DNA from: Candidatus Hebobacterum abditum
Lineage (GTDB): Bacteria; Armatimonadota; Hebobacteria; Hebobacterales; Hebobacteraceae
DNA: 64,000 nucleotides
Direction: 5' to 3'
Assembly (NCBI GenBank): GCA_029821875.1
Contig: JALGXW010000011.1
Span: 15,060-79,059, forward strand
The notes beneath the pieces were generated by a model. It made no database searches and was not told where the DNA came from. It worked only from the letters and a program-made list of their open reading frames with translations. The stretch's first letter is position 1. The number at the start of each line of letters is the position of its first letter. The translations under genes were made by a program, and so were the position numbers. Below are positions 9,035 through 16,734 of the stretch, one piece after another.

Positions 9035-10735
9035 GTGGGAGCTGACCGACCCAATCAGGTCGACCCGATAACACTCTCGGTGATATCGAATCGCCTTCTC
9101 GCCATCGCCGAGGCGATGGGCGAAGCACTCGTCCGCAGCGCCTTCTCGCCGAATATCAAGGAACGGCGCGACTGCTCGACCGCGGTCTTCGACCGCCACG
9201 GCGCGCTCGTCGCGCAGGCCGAGCATATCCCCCTGCACCTCGGGTCGATGCTCGGGGTGGTCGAGGCCGTGCTCGACCAGTACGGTGAGGAGATCCAGCC
9301 GGGCGATGCGTTCGTCGCCAACGATCCATACCTTGGCGGCGGGACGCACCTGCCGGATGTGACCGTGGTCTCGCCCTTCTTCTGTGACTCCGGGTTGGCA
9401 GGCTTTGCCGCGAACGTAGCTCACCACGCGGACATAGGCGCGCGCGCGCCCGGCGGGATTTCGGGAGACGCCGGCTCCATTGAGGAGGAAGGGCTTCGGA
9501 TTCCGCCGACGAGGCTGGCGACGGCCGCGGGACCATGCGAGGAGGTACTCGAGTTGTTCGCCTCCCACTGCCGAATGCCCGAGCAGCGGCGTCTCGACCT
9601 GCAGGGCCAGGTCGCGGCAAACCGGCTCGGGCTCGCCGATCTGTCACGGCTCTTTGACGACTACGGCTCGCAGACTATGCACGCGGCAATGCAGAGACTC
9701 CTTGCGGCCACGGAGCAGCGAATGCGCTGCGCGATTGGCGAGCTGCCGGACGGTTCATACGCGGCCGCCGATTCAGTGGAGGGCGTGGCAGGCGAGGGCC
9801 CAATCCCCATCGCTGTGCAGGTCGATGTGACCGGCGATCACCTGCACTTCGACTTCGCGAAGAGTGGCGGACCATCGCGCGGCGCGATCAACGTCCCGTT
9901 GAACGCGCTCTTCGCCACGGTGTACTACGCGCTGAAGGCCTGCCTCGACCCTGGCCTGCCGTCCAATGCCGGTCTCCATCGAAGTGTCGAGGTCACCGTG
10001 CCGGAGGTGAGCATATTGAATGCCCGTGCGCCGAGCGCCGTGGGCGCGCGGACCGACACCTGCCAGTGTGTGGCAGGCTGCATCATCGCGGCTTTCTCGC
10101 AGGCGCGGCCGGGCCGTCTGCCTGCGCCGAGCAACGACGCGAGCACGGCCGTGGTGTTCTCGGGCATCGATCCGAGAAGCGGCGCCGACTACGTGTATGT
10201 CGAGGCGGTGGCGGGTGGAGCTGGCGCAGGTCCGGATCGCGACGGCATGGACGCGGTGCAGGTGCACATCACGAATACGTCCAACCTGCCGGTCGAGGCA
10301 CTGGAGCACGCCTTCCCGCTCCTCGTGGAGCGGTACGAGCTTGCTCCGGATTCGGGCGGTCCCGGCGAGTTCCGCGGGGGCCTGGGCGTGGTGCGGGCCG
10401 TTCGCGTGCTGGAAGGCGAGGCGACGTTCTCCGCCCACGGTGACCGACACGAGCGGCCGGCCCGCGGGGCCGCGGGCGGGGCGGCCGGAGGTCTCGGCGC
10501 GTATGTGATCGAGGATAGCTCGGGCCGCCGCCGGAAACTTCCCTCGAAGGTCTCCGGGATCAGGCTGCTCTCCGGCGACCGTGTCGAGATCAGAACGCCG
10601 GGCGGCGGCGGATACGGCCGGCCCGCTGAGCGAGAGCCCGACGTGCTGGGGGAGGACATCCGGAATGGAGTCGTGTCTTCCGAGCAGGCGGGCCAGGCGT
10701 ACGGATTCGATCCCGAGTCTGAGGGGCAGCCGTGA
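9035..10735 (+). CDS. hydantoinase B/oxoprolinase family protein
   Basis: DPITLSVISNRLLAIAEAMGEALVRSAFSPNIKERRDCS is the typical Hydantoinase_B N-terminus. GTG at 9035 is the first start after the hyuA-like stop; ATG at 8999 is an alternative. Confidence 0.8.
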   Translation: MGADRPNQVDPITLSVISNRLLAIAEAMGEALVRSAFSPNIKERRDCSTAVFDRHGALVAQAEHIPLHLGSMLGVVEAVLDQYGEEIQPGDAFVANDPYLGGGTHLPDVTVVSPFFCDSGLAGFAANVAHHADIGARAPGGISGDAGSIEEEGLRIPPTRLATAAGPCEEVLELFASHCRMPEQRRLDLQGQVAANRLGLADLSRLFDDYGSQTMHAAMQRLLAATEQRMRCAIGELPDGSYAAADSVEGVAGEGPIPIAVQVDVTGDHLHFDFAKSGGPSRGAINVPLNALFATVYYALKACLDPGLPSNAGLHRSVEVTVPEVSILNARAPSAVGARTDTCQCVAGCIIAAFSQARPGRLPAPSNDASTAVVFSGIDPRSGADYVYVEAVAGGAGAGPDRDGMDAVQVHITNTSNLPVEALEHAFPLLVERYELAPDSGGPGEFRGGLGVVRAVRVLEGEATFSAHGDRHERPARGAAGGAAGGLGAYVIEDSSGRRRKLPSKVSGIRLLSGDRVEIRTPGGGGYGRPAEREPDVLGEDIRNGVVSSEQAGQAYGFDPESEGQP

Positions 10736-10790
10736 TGGCGGGGGGCCGACCGGAGCGCGGGATTAGTCGAGGCCGGCGCAGGGATAGGCG

Positions 10791-11765
10791 ATGAGCAGCG
10801 ACGGCGTGCTACTCACAGCAGCGCATGTAACGAAGCACTTCCCCGCGGGGAAGCGGCGAGTACTGCGGGCCGTTGACGATGTGAGCCTGGAGATAGCCCG
10901 CGGGGAGACGCTCGGGCTCGTCGGCGAGAGCGGCTGCGGGAAGACGACTCTGGGGAAGTTACTGTGTCTTCTCGAAGAGCCGACGCGCGGGGAGATCTGG
11001 CTCGACGGGACAGACCTCTTGCACATCCCTCCCAATGAGTTGCGGGAGCTCCGCCCCCGCCTGCAGATGATCTTTCAGGACCCGTTCGCTTCGCTGAACC
11101 CGCACAAGACCATCGAGCAGATCGTCGGACTCCCCCTGCGGATCAAGAGTCTTCGCGGCAAAGCGCGGATACGTGAGCGGGTCCACGAGTTGCTGGGAAT
11201 GGTTGGCCTCGATCCCTCGCAATCCGGCCGGTTTCCCCATCAATTCAGCGGCGGGCAGAGGCAGCGCATCGGCATCGCCAGAGCACTGGCTTGTGAGCCG
11301 GAGTTGATCATCGCGGACGAGCCAGTCGCGTCGCTCGACGTCTCCATACAGGCTCAGATTCTCCAAGTGTTGCGCGATCTCCAGGCCCGGTTCCACCTGG
11401 CCGCGATCTTCATCTCGCACGACATCAGCGTCGTGTCGCATGTGTCCCAGCGAATCGCAGTGATGTACCTCGGCAGGGTCGTGGAACTCGGGCCGGCGCA
11501 GGATGTTATCTACGATCCCAAGCATCCCTACACGCGCGCGCTCCTGTCAGCCGTTCCCCGCGTCGGCGAGGCCCAGCCGGAGGCGACGCTGTTGCCCGGA
11601 GACATCCCCAGCCCGATCGCGGTGCCGCGCGGCTGCCGCTTTCACACGCGCTGCTACCTGGAGCAGGTGACCGAGTGCGGGACCGGCGAACCCGGCCTTC
11701 GCGAGGTGGCGAATGGACACTTCGCGGCTTGTCATCTTGCCCGCAGCAAAGCGGCGGAGTCGTAG
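10791..11765 (+). CDS. ABC transporter ATP-binding protein (DppF/OppF-like)
   Basis: Walker A GESGCGKTT, FSGGQRQR, Walker B IIADEPVASLD. Confidence 0.9.
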   Translation: MSSDGVLLTAAHVTKHFPAGKRRVLRAVDDVSLEIARGETLGLVGESGCGKTTLGKLLCLLEEPTRGEIWLDGTDLLHIPPNELRELRPRLQMIFQDPFASLNPHKTIEQIVGLPLRIKSLRGKARIRERVHELLGMVGLDPSQSGRFPHQFSGGQRQRIGIARALACEPELIIADEPVASLDVSIQAQILQVLRDLQARFHLAAIFISHDISVVSHVSQRIAVMYLGRVVELGPAQDVIYDPKHPYTRALLSAVPRVGEAQPEATLLPGDIPSPIAVPRGCRFHTRCYLEQVTECGTGEPGLREVANGHFAACHLARSKAAES

Positions 11766-11802
11766 TGCCCGGCGCGGGCGCCCGGCACTCCTTACTCTCC
11801 CC

Positions 11803-12333
11803 CTAGGCGCGCTGCAGGCGTTCGAGCCTGAACCTCGCCTGGTAGTCGTGGGGGTCCAAAGCGAGGGCCGCCTGATACTCCACCGCTGCTTGTCGTCGCC
11901 TCCCGAGTTTGACATACGAGTCGCCGAGGAACACGTGGGCCGCGACGTTTCCCGGATCACGTTGGAGCGCGGCCTGGTACTGCTTCATGCGCCGTCGGAC
12001 ATCTGCTGCTCGCCCGGACCTGCTGCCTACCTGGCCCAGTATCTGAACGGCTGCCCACACCGCGAGTGGGATGGCCAACAGGATGAGGAAGTTGACGCCC
12101 TCGAAGTGGCGGATGTTCTGCACCGCAGCGATCTCGCCGATGAAGAGTGTCAGCACGAGCACGAAGGCCTGCATGCCGCCGATGTTCCCGGCCTGCCAGG
12201 AGAGCACCAAGTGGGCGCAGGCGCCCATGGCGACCAAGATGACGAGGGCGGTCTTCGACCAGGAGATGAGACCCTCGCGGGTGAGGTTGCTGACCTTAGT
12301 CAGGAAGTGCTGGATCGTGTCGCCGTCGACCAT
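11803..12333 (-). CDS. membrane-anchored TPR repeat protein
   Basis: The C-terminal region ALQRDPGNVAAHVFLGDSYVKLGRRRQAAVEYQAALALDPHDYQA is TPR-like, preceded by about 3 hydrophobic helices. Start chosen at MVDGD (12333), which forms a TGATG overlap with the upstream stop. Confidence 0.6.
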   Translation of the reverse strand: MVDGDTIQHFLTKVSNLTREGLISWSKTALVILVAMGACAHLVLSWQAGNIGGMQAFVLVLTLFIGEIAAVQNIRHFEGVNFLILLAIPLAVWAAVQILGQVGSRSGRAADVRRRMKQYQAALQRDPGNVAAHVFLGDSYVKLGRRRQAAVEYQAALALDPHDYQARFRLERLQRA

Positions 12334-13190
12334 CAGCGGCTCTCGCGCGCGGGCAACGTGAACGTGACTTCCAGTCCTCCCGGGACTGCCTCCTCCCGCA
12401 TGGTTCCGCCGAGGGCCTCCACGAGCATGCGACACCTCTCCCCGCGGTGCGGGCCCTCGGGCAATGGCGCGGGCTCACCGTCAGTGACGGGACTGCTGCA
12501 GCGAATCGAGAGCTGCAGAAGATTCGGCTCGGCCGCCCGCCGGGCAGTCAGCTTGACCACTCCGCCGCTCGGCACCCGTCCAATCCCGGAGCTCAGCAGC
12601 TCGACCAGCAGCTCCACGACCTGGTCGGATCGGGCCTCGGGGGGCGGCAGGTCCGTAGTCAGGTCTACTTGGAGTTCGACTTCCTTCTCCTGCGCGGCGG
12701 CGCGCACGGATCCCACGACCGCCTCGATCACGCTGATGAAAGGCGTGTGAACAGAGGCGGTCTGTCCAACTTCGGCCACTCGCTCGAGAGCGTCAAGCTC
12801 CTCCACGAGGTCGATCACCTCGCCCCCCTCCGCGGCGGCGCGGCACACGAGTTCCCTCTCCTCCTCGGTCAACGCCTCCGGGTGTTGGCATTCCAGCGCT
12901 CGCAAAGCCGCCACGAGCGAGACAAGGCGCGGCCGCAGGTGCTCCATGAGAGCGGCGCTGAGCTCGGCGACGACTTTGTCCTTGTCCGACGGCTCCTGGG
13001 CCCGAGCCATGTGCAGCGCCACCATGACTATGATGACCACGACAGTCATCTCCACGATCAACGCCACCAGATGGATATGGGGGCCGTGCAGTCCCCAGAC
13101 ATGGAGTACGGCCTGCCATAGCGCGAACGTGAGGAACGCCGCGCCAATGATGAGGACCATCGGACGCCGTCTTCGCTCGGCTTGCTTCAC
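12333..13190 (-). CDS. membrane-bound histidine-kinase-like protein (degenerate ATPase domain)
   Basis: Two N-terminal TM helices, an H-box-like MEHLRPRLVSL, and a C-terminal fold-like region ending GLEVTFTLP. I could not find clear N, G1 or G2 boxes. Confidence 0.55.
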   Translation of the reverse strand: MKQAERRRRPMVLIIGAAFLTFALWQAVLHVWGLHGPHIHLVALIVEMTVVVIIVMVALHMARAQEPSDKDKVVAELSAALMEHLRPRLVSLVAALRALECQHPEALTEEERELVCRAAAEGGEVIDLVEELDALERVAEVGQTASVHTPFISVIEAVVGSVRAAAQEKEVELQVDLTTDLPPPEARSDQVVELLVELLSSGIGRVPSGGVVKLTARRAAEPNLLQLSIRCSSPVTDGEPAPLPEGPHRGERCRMLVEALGGTMREEAVPGGLEVTFTLPARESR

Positions 13191-13568
13191 GGCAGAATCC
13201 CTCCTTCACCGTCAGAATTCGAGCCTAGCACCAACATCTGGCCTCCGGCCGTAGTGGGCTACCCTGTCGCGGCGGCCCACGCCCAAACACACAGCACTCG
13301 CTTTGTCTGCTACCGACTGGCGTCCTGCGCAGAAGTCCGCACAACGCTACATAGCGGGAGCGAAGGACGTCGGCCTCACTCACTTGAATGGTGTGCACTC
13401 GTCCTACTAGAAAGGGATAGCTTGTTCATGTTGGGCCGGCATCACAATGTCCGAGGCGACGTGACAGGAGAACGTCGCAGAGCGGCCAACTAGCTTGAGG
13501 ATAGCCGATGTCTTGCTGAAGTGCTGCCTGAAGAGGATCCGACTTTCGCTAAGTCCGCGAGGAGTTTC

Positions 13569-14855
13569 ATGAGCGCTGCACCTCGCGCCTTTCACATCAT
13601 GGCCAAGCCAACCGGCGCGGTCTGCAACCTGGCCTGCGACTACTGCTTCTTCCTCGCCAAGGAGCAGCTCTATCCCGACAGCCAGTTCCGCATGAGTGAG
13701 GAAGTCCTCGAAGCGTACGTTCGCCAAGTGCTCGAAGCGCATCAGGTCCCGCAGGTCACCATCGCCTGGCAGGGGGGAGAGCCCACGCTGATGGGCCTCG
13801 ACTTCTTCCGGCGGGCGCAGGAGTACATCGAGAAGTGCCGCAAGCCCAACACGACCGTCGAGTCCACCATCCAGACGAACGGCGTTCTGCTCGACGACCA
13901 ATGGTGCCAGTTCCTCCACGAGAACAAGTTCCTGGTTGGCATCAGTATCGACGGGCCGCAGGAGATGCACGACGCCTACCGTCACGACAAGGCGGGCAAG
14001 CCGGTCTTCGACCGCGTGATGAGTGGCTTGCGGCTGCTTCAGAAGCACAAGGTCGAGTTCAACATCCTCGCCACAGTCCACGCGGCGAACGGCGACCACG
14101 GTCTGGAGGTCTACCGCTTCTTCCGCGATGAGGTCGGAGCCCAGTACCTCCAGTTCATCCCCATCGTGGAGCGAGACAACGAGACCGGCTTTCAGGAGGG
14201 CAATGCGCTGACCGATCGCTCGGCGAGCCCGGAGCAATACGGACGCTTCCTCATCTCGGTCTTCGACGAGTGGATTAAGCGGGACGTCGGGGAGATGTTC
14301 GTGCAGACCTTCGATGGGGTGCTCGCCTCCTATGTCCGCGGTCGCTCCACGCTGTGCGTCCTGAGCCCGACGTGCGGCGAGGGGGCCGCGCTGGAGCACA
14401 ATGGTGATCTCTACTCCTGCGACCATTTCGTCGAGCCCAGGCACCTGCTGGGCAATATCCTCGAGACTCCCATCGCCGAACTGATGGGCTCGGAGAAGCA
14501 GCGCAAGTTCGGCCGGGACAAACAGGACACGCTCCCGCAGTACTGCCGCGATTGCCGATGGCTGTTCACGTGTAACTGCGAGTGCCCGAAGAACCGGGTC
14601 GGCACGACGCCGGACGGCGAGCCGGGCCTCAACCACCTGTGCGAGGGGCTGAAGGCGTTCTTCGAGCACGCCGAGCAGCCCATGCAGCTCATGGCGCAGC
14701 TGCTCCAGAGCGGTCGCGCCGCGCCCGACATCATGCCGATCATGGCCGAGGCCGAAAGGCAGATGGAGGCCAGGTTCGCCAAGGCCGGCCGCAATGACCC
14801 CTGCCCCTGCGGCAGCGGCCGCAAGTTCAAGCGTTGCCACGGCCAGGCCCGGTAG
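13569..14855 (+). CDS. radical SAM/SPASM anaerobic sulfatase-maturating enzyme-like protein with C-terminal SEC-C motif
   Basis: FHIMAKPTGAVCNLACDYCFF carries the CxxxCxxC radical SAM motif. Cys-rich SPASM region CRDCRWLFTCNCECPKNR. The terminal DPCPCGSGRKFKRCHG is a SEC-C zinc motif. GTG at 13521 is an alternative start. Confidence 0.85.
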   Translation: MSAAPRAFHIMAKPTGAVCNLACDYCFFLAKEQLYPDSQFRMSEEVLEAYVRQVLEAHQVPQVTIAWQGGEPTLMGLDFFRRAQEYIEKCRKPNTTVESTIQTNGVLLDDQWCQFLHENKFLVGISIDGPQEMHDAYRHDKAGKPVFDRVMSGLRLLQKHKVEFNILATVHAANGDHGLEVYRFFRDEVGAQYLQFIPIVERDNETGFQEGNALTDRSASPEQYGRFLISVFDEWIKRDVGEMFVQTFDGVLASYVRGRSTLCVLSPTCGEGAALEHNGDLYSCDHFVEPRHLLGNILETPIAELMGSEKQRKFGRDKQDTLPQYCRDCRWLFTCNCECPKNRVGTTPDGEPGLNHLCEGLKAFFEHAEQPMQLMAQLLQSGRAAPDIMPIMAEAERQMEARFAKAGRNDPCPCGSGRKFKRCHGQAR

Positions 14856-15225
14856 CTTTGCGGGGCGGGCCTGTCTAGCCGCAGAGATCAACGGCACGCT
14901 CGTCCCCTTCTCCGATGACGCGGTCACCACCGACCTCGTCACTGGCGACCTCGTCGGTACGACGGAGTACCAGTCACACGTCGGCAAGTTCACGGTCGTT
15001 GGCGCAGGAGCAGGGCTCGCAGTCTCCGGGTCCAGCAGGAAAGACAGAAGGCGGGGGACGGCGCGGGGTGCCGCCATTGGCACGCTCGTGGGCGCCGCCG
15101 CGGGTCCGAGCGTCAGCACCGACGACGTCGTGGTTCCCATCGCCACAGAAGTCGGCGTCATGCTGCGCGACGGCGTCGCCCTCCCGAGCCCGGCTCCTCC
15201 GGCTCGGCCCGGAGGCGGCCTCTGA
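14794..15225 (+). CDS. small glycine-zipper-like protein (start uncertain)
   Basis: This frame has very high third-position G+C and a Gly-zipper segment RGAAIGTLVGAAAGP. The only canonical start (ATG 14794) overlaps the preceding gene by 62 nt. Confidence 0.35.
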   Translation: MTPAPAAAAASSSVATARPGSFAGRACLAAEINGTLVPFSDDAVTTDLVTGDLVGTTEYQSHVGKFTVVGAGAGLAVSGSSRKDRRRGTARGAAIGTLVGAAAGPSVSTDDVVVPIATEVGVMLRDGVALPSPAPPARPGGGL

Positions 15226-15429
15226 GTTGAGGAACGGAGTGCTGTACGTCCCAAAGGAGCTGGTGCTGGCGAAGAAGCTGGTGTGGGAGGCGAGCGCGCG
15301 GAGGCTCACGCTGCTATGGGGGCCCGCCTGCAAGCGGCCACCTCGGCCGGTTAGCAACCGGCGCGCGGAGCGCGCTCACAGGTCGAGATCGCGCTGGACT
15401 ATGGCGGGGGGTGCCAAGCCCCCCTGCTC

Positions 15430-16272
15430 TCACGCGCTGAGATCCCTGCGGACCGAAACCGTCCGGTCGGCCTCAACTGTCACCGGGACGGCAAGCCTCT
15501 TCTGCTGTCTTGGCTCCCAGAGGACGAGCGAGTGTTCCCCTGCAGACAGTCGGACTGTGATCGGGCACTTGCCCCGCGCCGGGCCGCCATCGACGTACAC
15601 CCAGACCTCCCAGTCGCCGGGCTGTGTTTCGATGGCGACAGATCCGTATCCCGGCCCGCTGCTGGTCTCTGGCTTTGCGGGCGAGCTGGCTGCCGCGGTC
15701 TGCCTTGCCCTGGGCCTTGATCTGACAACCTGGTGCTGCTGCGCTGGTTTCTCGCTCTTGGAGGTGGCGGCCGGGCGCGCCGATGTCGTGGTCGGAGGCC
15801 GCTTTGTGGCGACTGAGGCTTGCCGCAACTTTCGTGCCGGCTCCGGCTCCTTGGCGTCCGGTCCCAGACTGAGGACTAAGGTCACGTCCTTCCTGCTGGT
15901 TGGCGTATCCGGGCGCGGGTACTGGCTGATGACTGCGCCGGTGTCTGTGGTGTCGCTCGGCCTCTCCTCCCCAACCGCACACTCGAATCCCGTCTTTGTG
16001 AGCTTGGCCTCGGCATCTGCGCGACTCATGCCGACAACGTCAGGCACGTAGCGAACAGTGGGCCCGCTGGAGCGACCAAGGGAGAGTGAGACGAGGACCA
16101 CGATGGCCGCCGTCGCGGTGAGAATCCCAGCAGAGATCTTCAACCATGGGTTCGATGCTCTCGGAGGCGTGGCATCCCGGTTTGCTGCTCTGGTGCCGGC
16201 CAACATAGCGCCGCACCGGACGCAGAACACTGCGCCTTCGAAGACCACGTCGCCGCACTTCGGGCAGATCAT
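15430..16272 (-). CDS. zinc-ribbon / TM / PASTA / PEGA domain protein
   Basis: MICPKCGDVVFEGAVFCVRCG zinc ribbon followed by a TM helix. PASTA-like VPDVVGMSRADAEAKLTKTGFECAV...VISQYP. PEGA-like C-terminus GSVAIETQPGDWEVWVYVDGG. SD GGGAGG lies 7 nt upstream of ATG 16272. Confidence 0.7.
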   Translation of the reverse strand: MICPKCGDVVFEGAVFCVRCGAMLAGTRAANRDATPPRASNPWLKISAGILTATAAIVVLVSLSLGRSSGPTVRYVPDVVGMSRADAEAKLTKTGFECAVGEERPSDTTDTGAVISQYPRPDTPTSRKDVTLVLSLGPDAKEPEPARKLRQASVATKRPPTTTSARPAATSKSEKPAQQHQVVRSRPRARQTAAASSPAKPETSSGPGYGSVAIETQPGDWEVWVYVDGGPARGKCPITVRLSAGEHSLVLWEPRQQKRLAVPVTVEADRTVSVRRDLSA

Positions 16273-16734
16273 GTCGATCCCTCCCAGTATTGCTCTGGGA
16301 ACCGACATGCTATCTTTGCTGTGCACAGCACAGCAGAGGTGCTGTCAGTCCGTGGGGTCTGCTGCGCCGAGCTCTCATGCCGCAGTACTCTCGCGGCCTT
16401 CAGCGCAAAACAGTCCCTGCTTGTTTGTTCCACAACCGGGGCGAGGACACAGATATCGTACAGCCAGGGCCCCTGAAAGCGACGTCTAGGCCTGTCTGAG
16501 CCGGAATGGCGATTCGCGCGCGGCTGCCGGCAGAGGCCTGAGAGGACATCGGCCGGGGAGTGCGACCATGCAGGTCCGGCCCTGGCGCTGCAGAAGACAC
16601 CTCCACGTCAGCTTCCCTGAGTTCTGCGAGCTGCCCGCGGCGGCACCCCCGTGCTGATGGCGGCCTGCGTGGGCCCTCGCCGGGAGCACGGGCGAGCCGA
16701 CGGGGACACCACGACACAGAGGGGATTCAGCACG

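Noticed and set aside
11713-12750. 345-aa plus-strand ORF
   Set aside because: It is antisense to the TPR and kinase-like genes and has no motifs. The minus-strand genes show TM helices, TPR repeats and TGATG coupling.
13407-15254. 615-aa ORF on the minus strand
   Set aside because: It is antisense to the well-supported radical SAM maturase. The translation is Ala/Arg/Pro/Gly-rich low complexity with no motifs, which is typical of shadow ORFs in GC-rich DNA.
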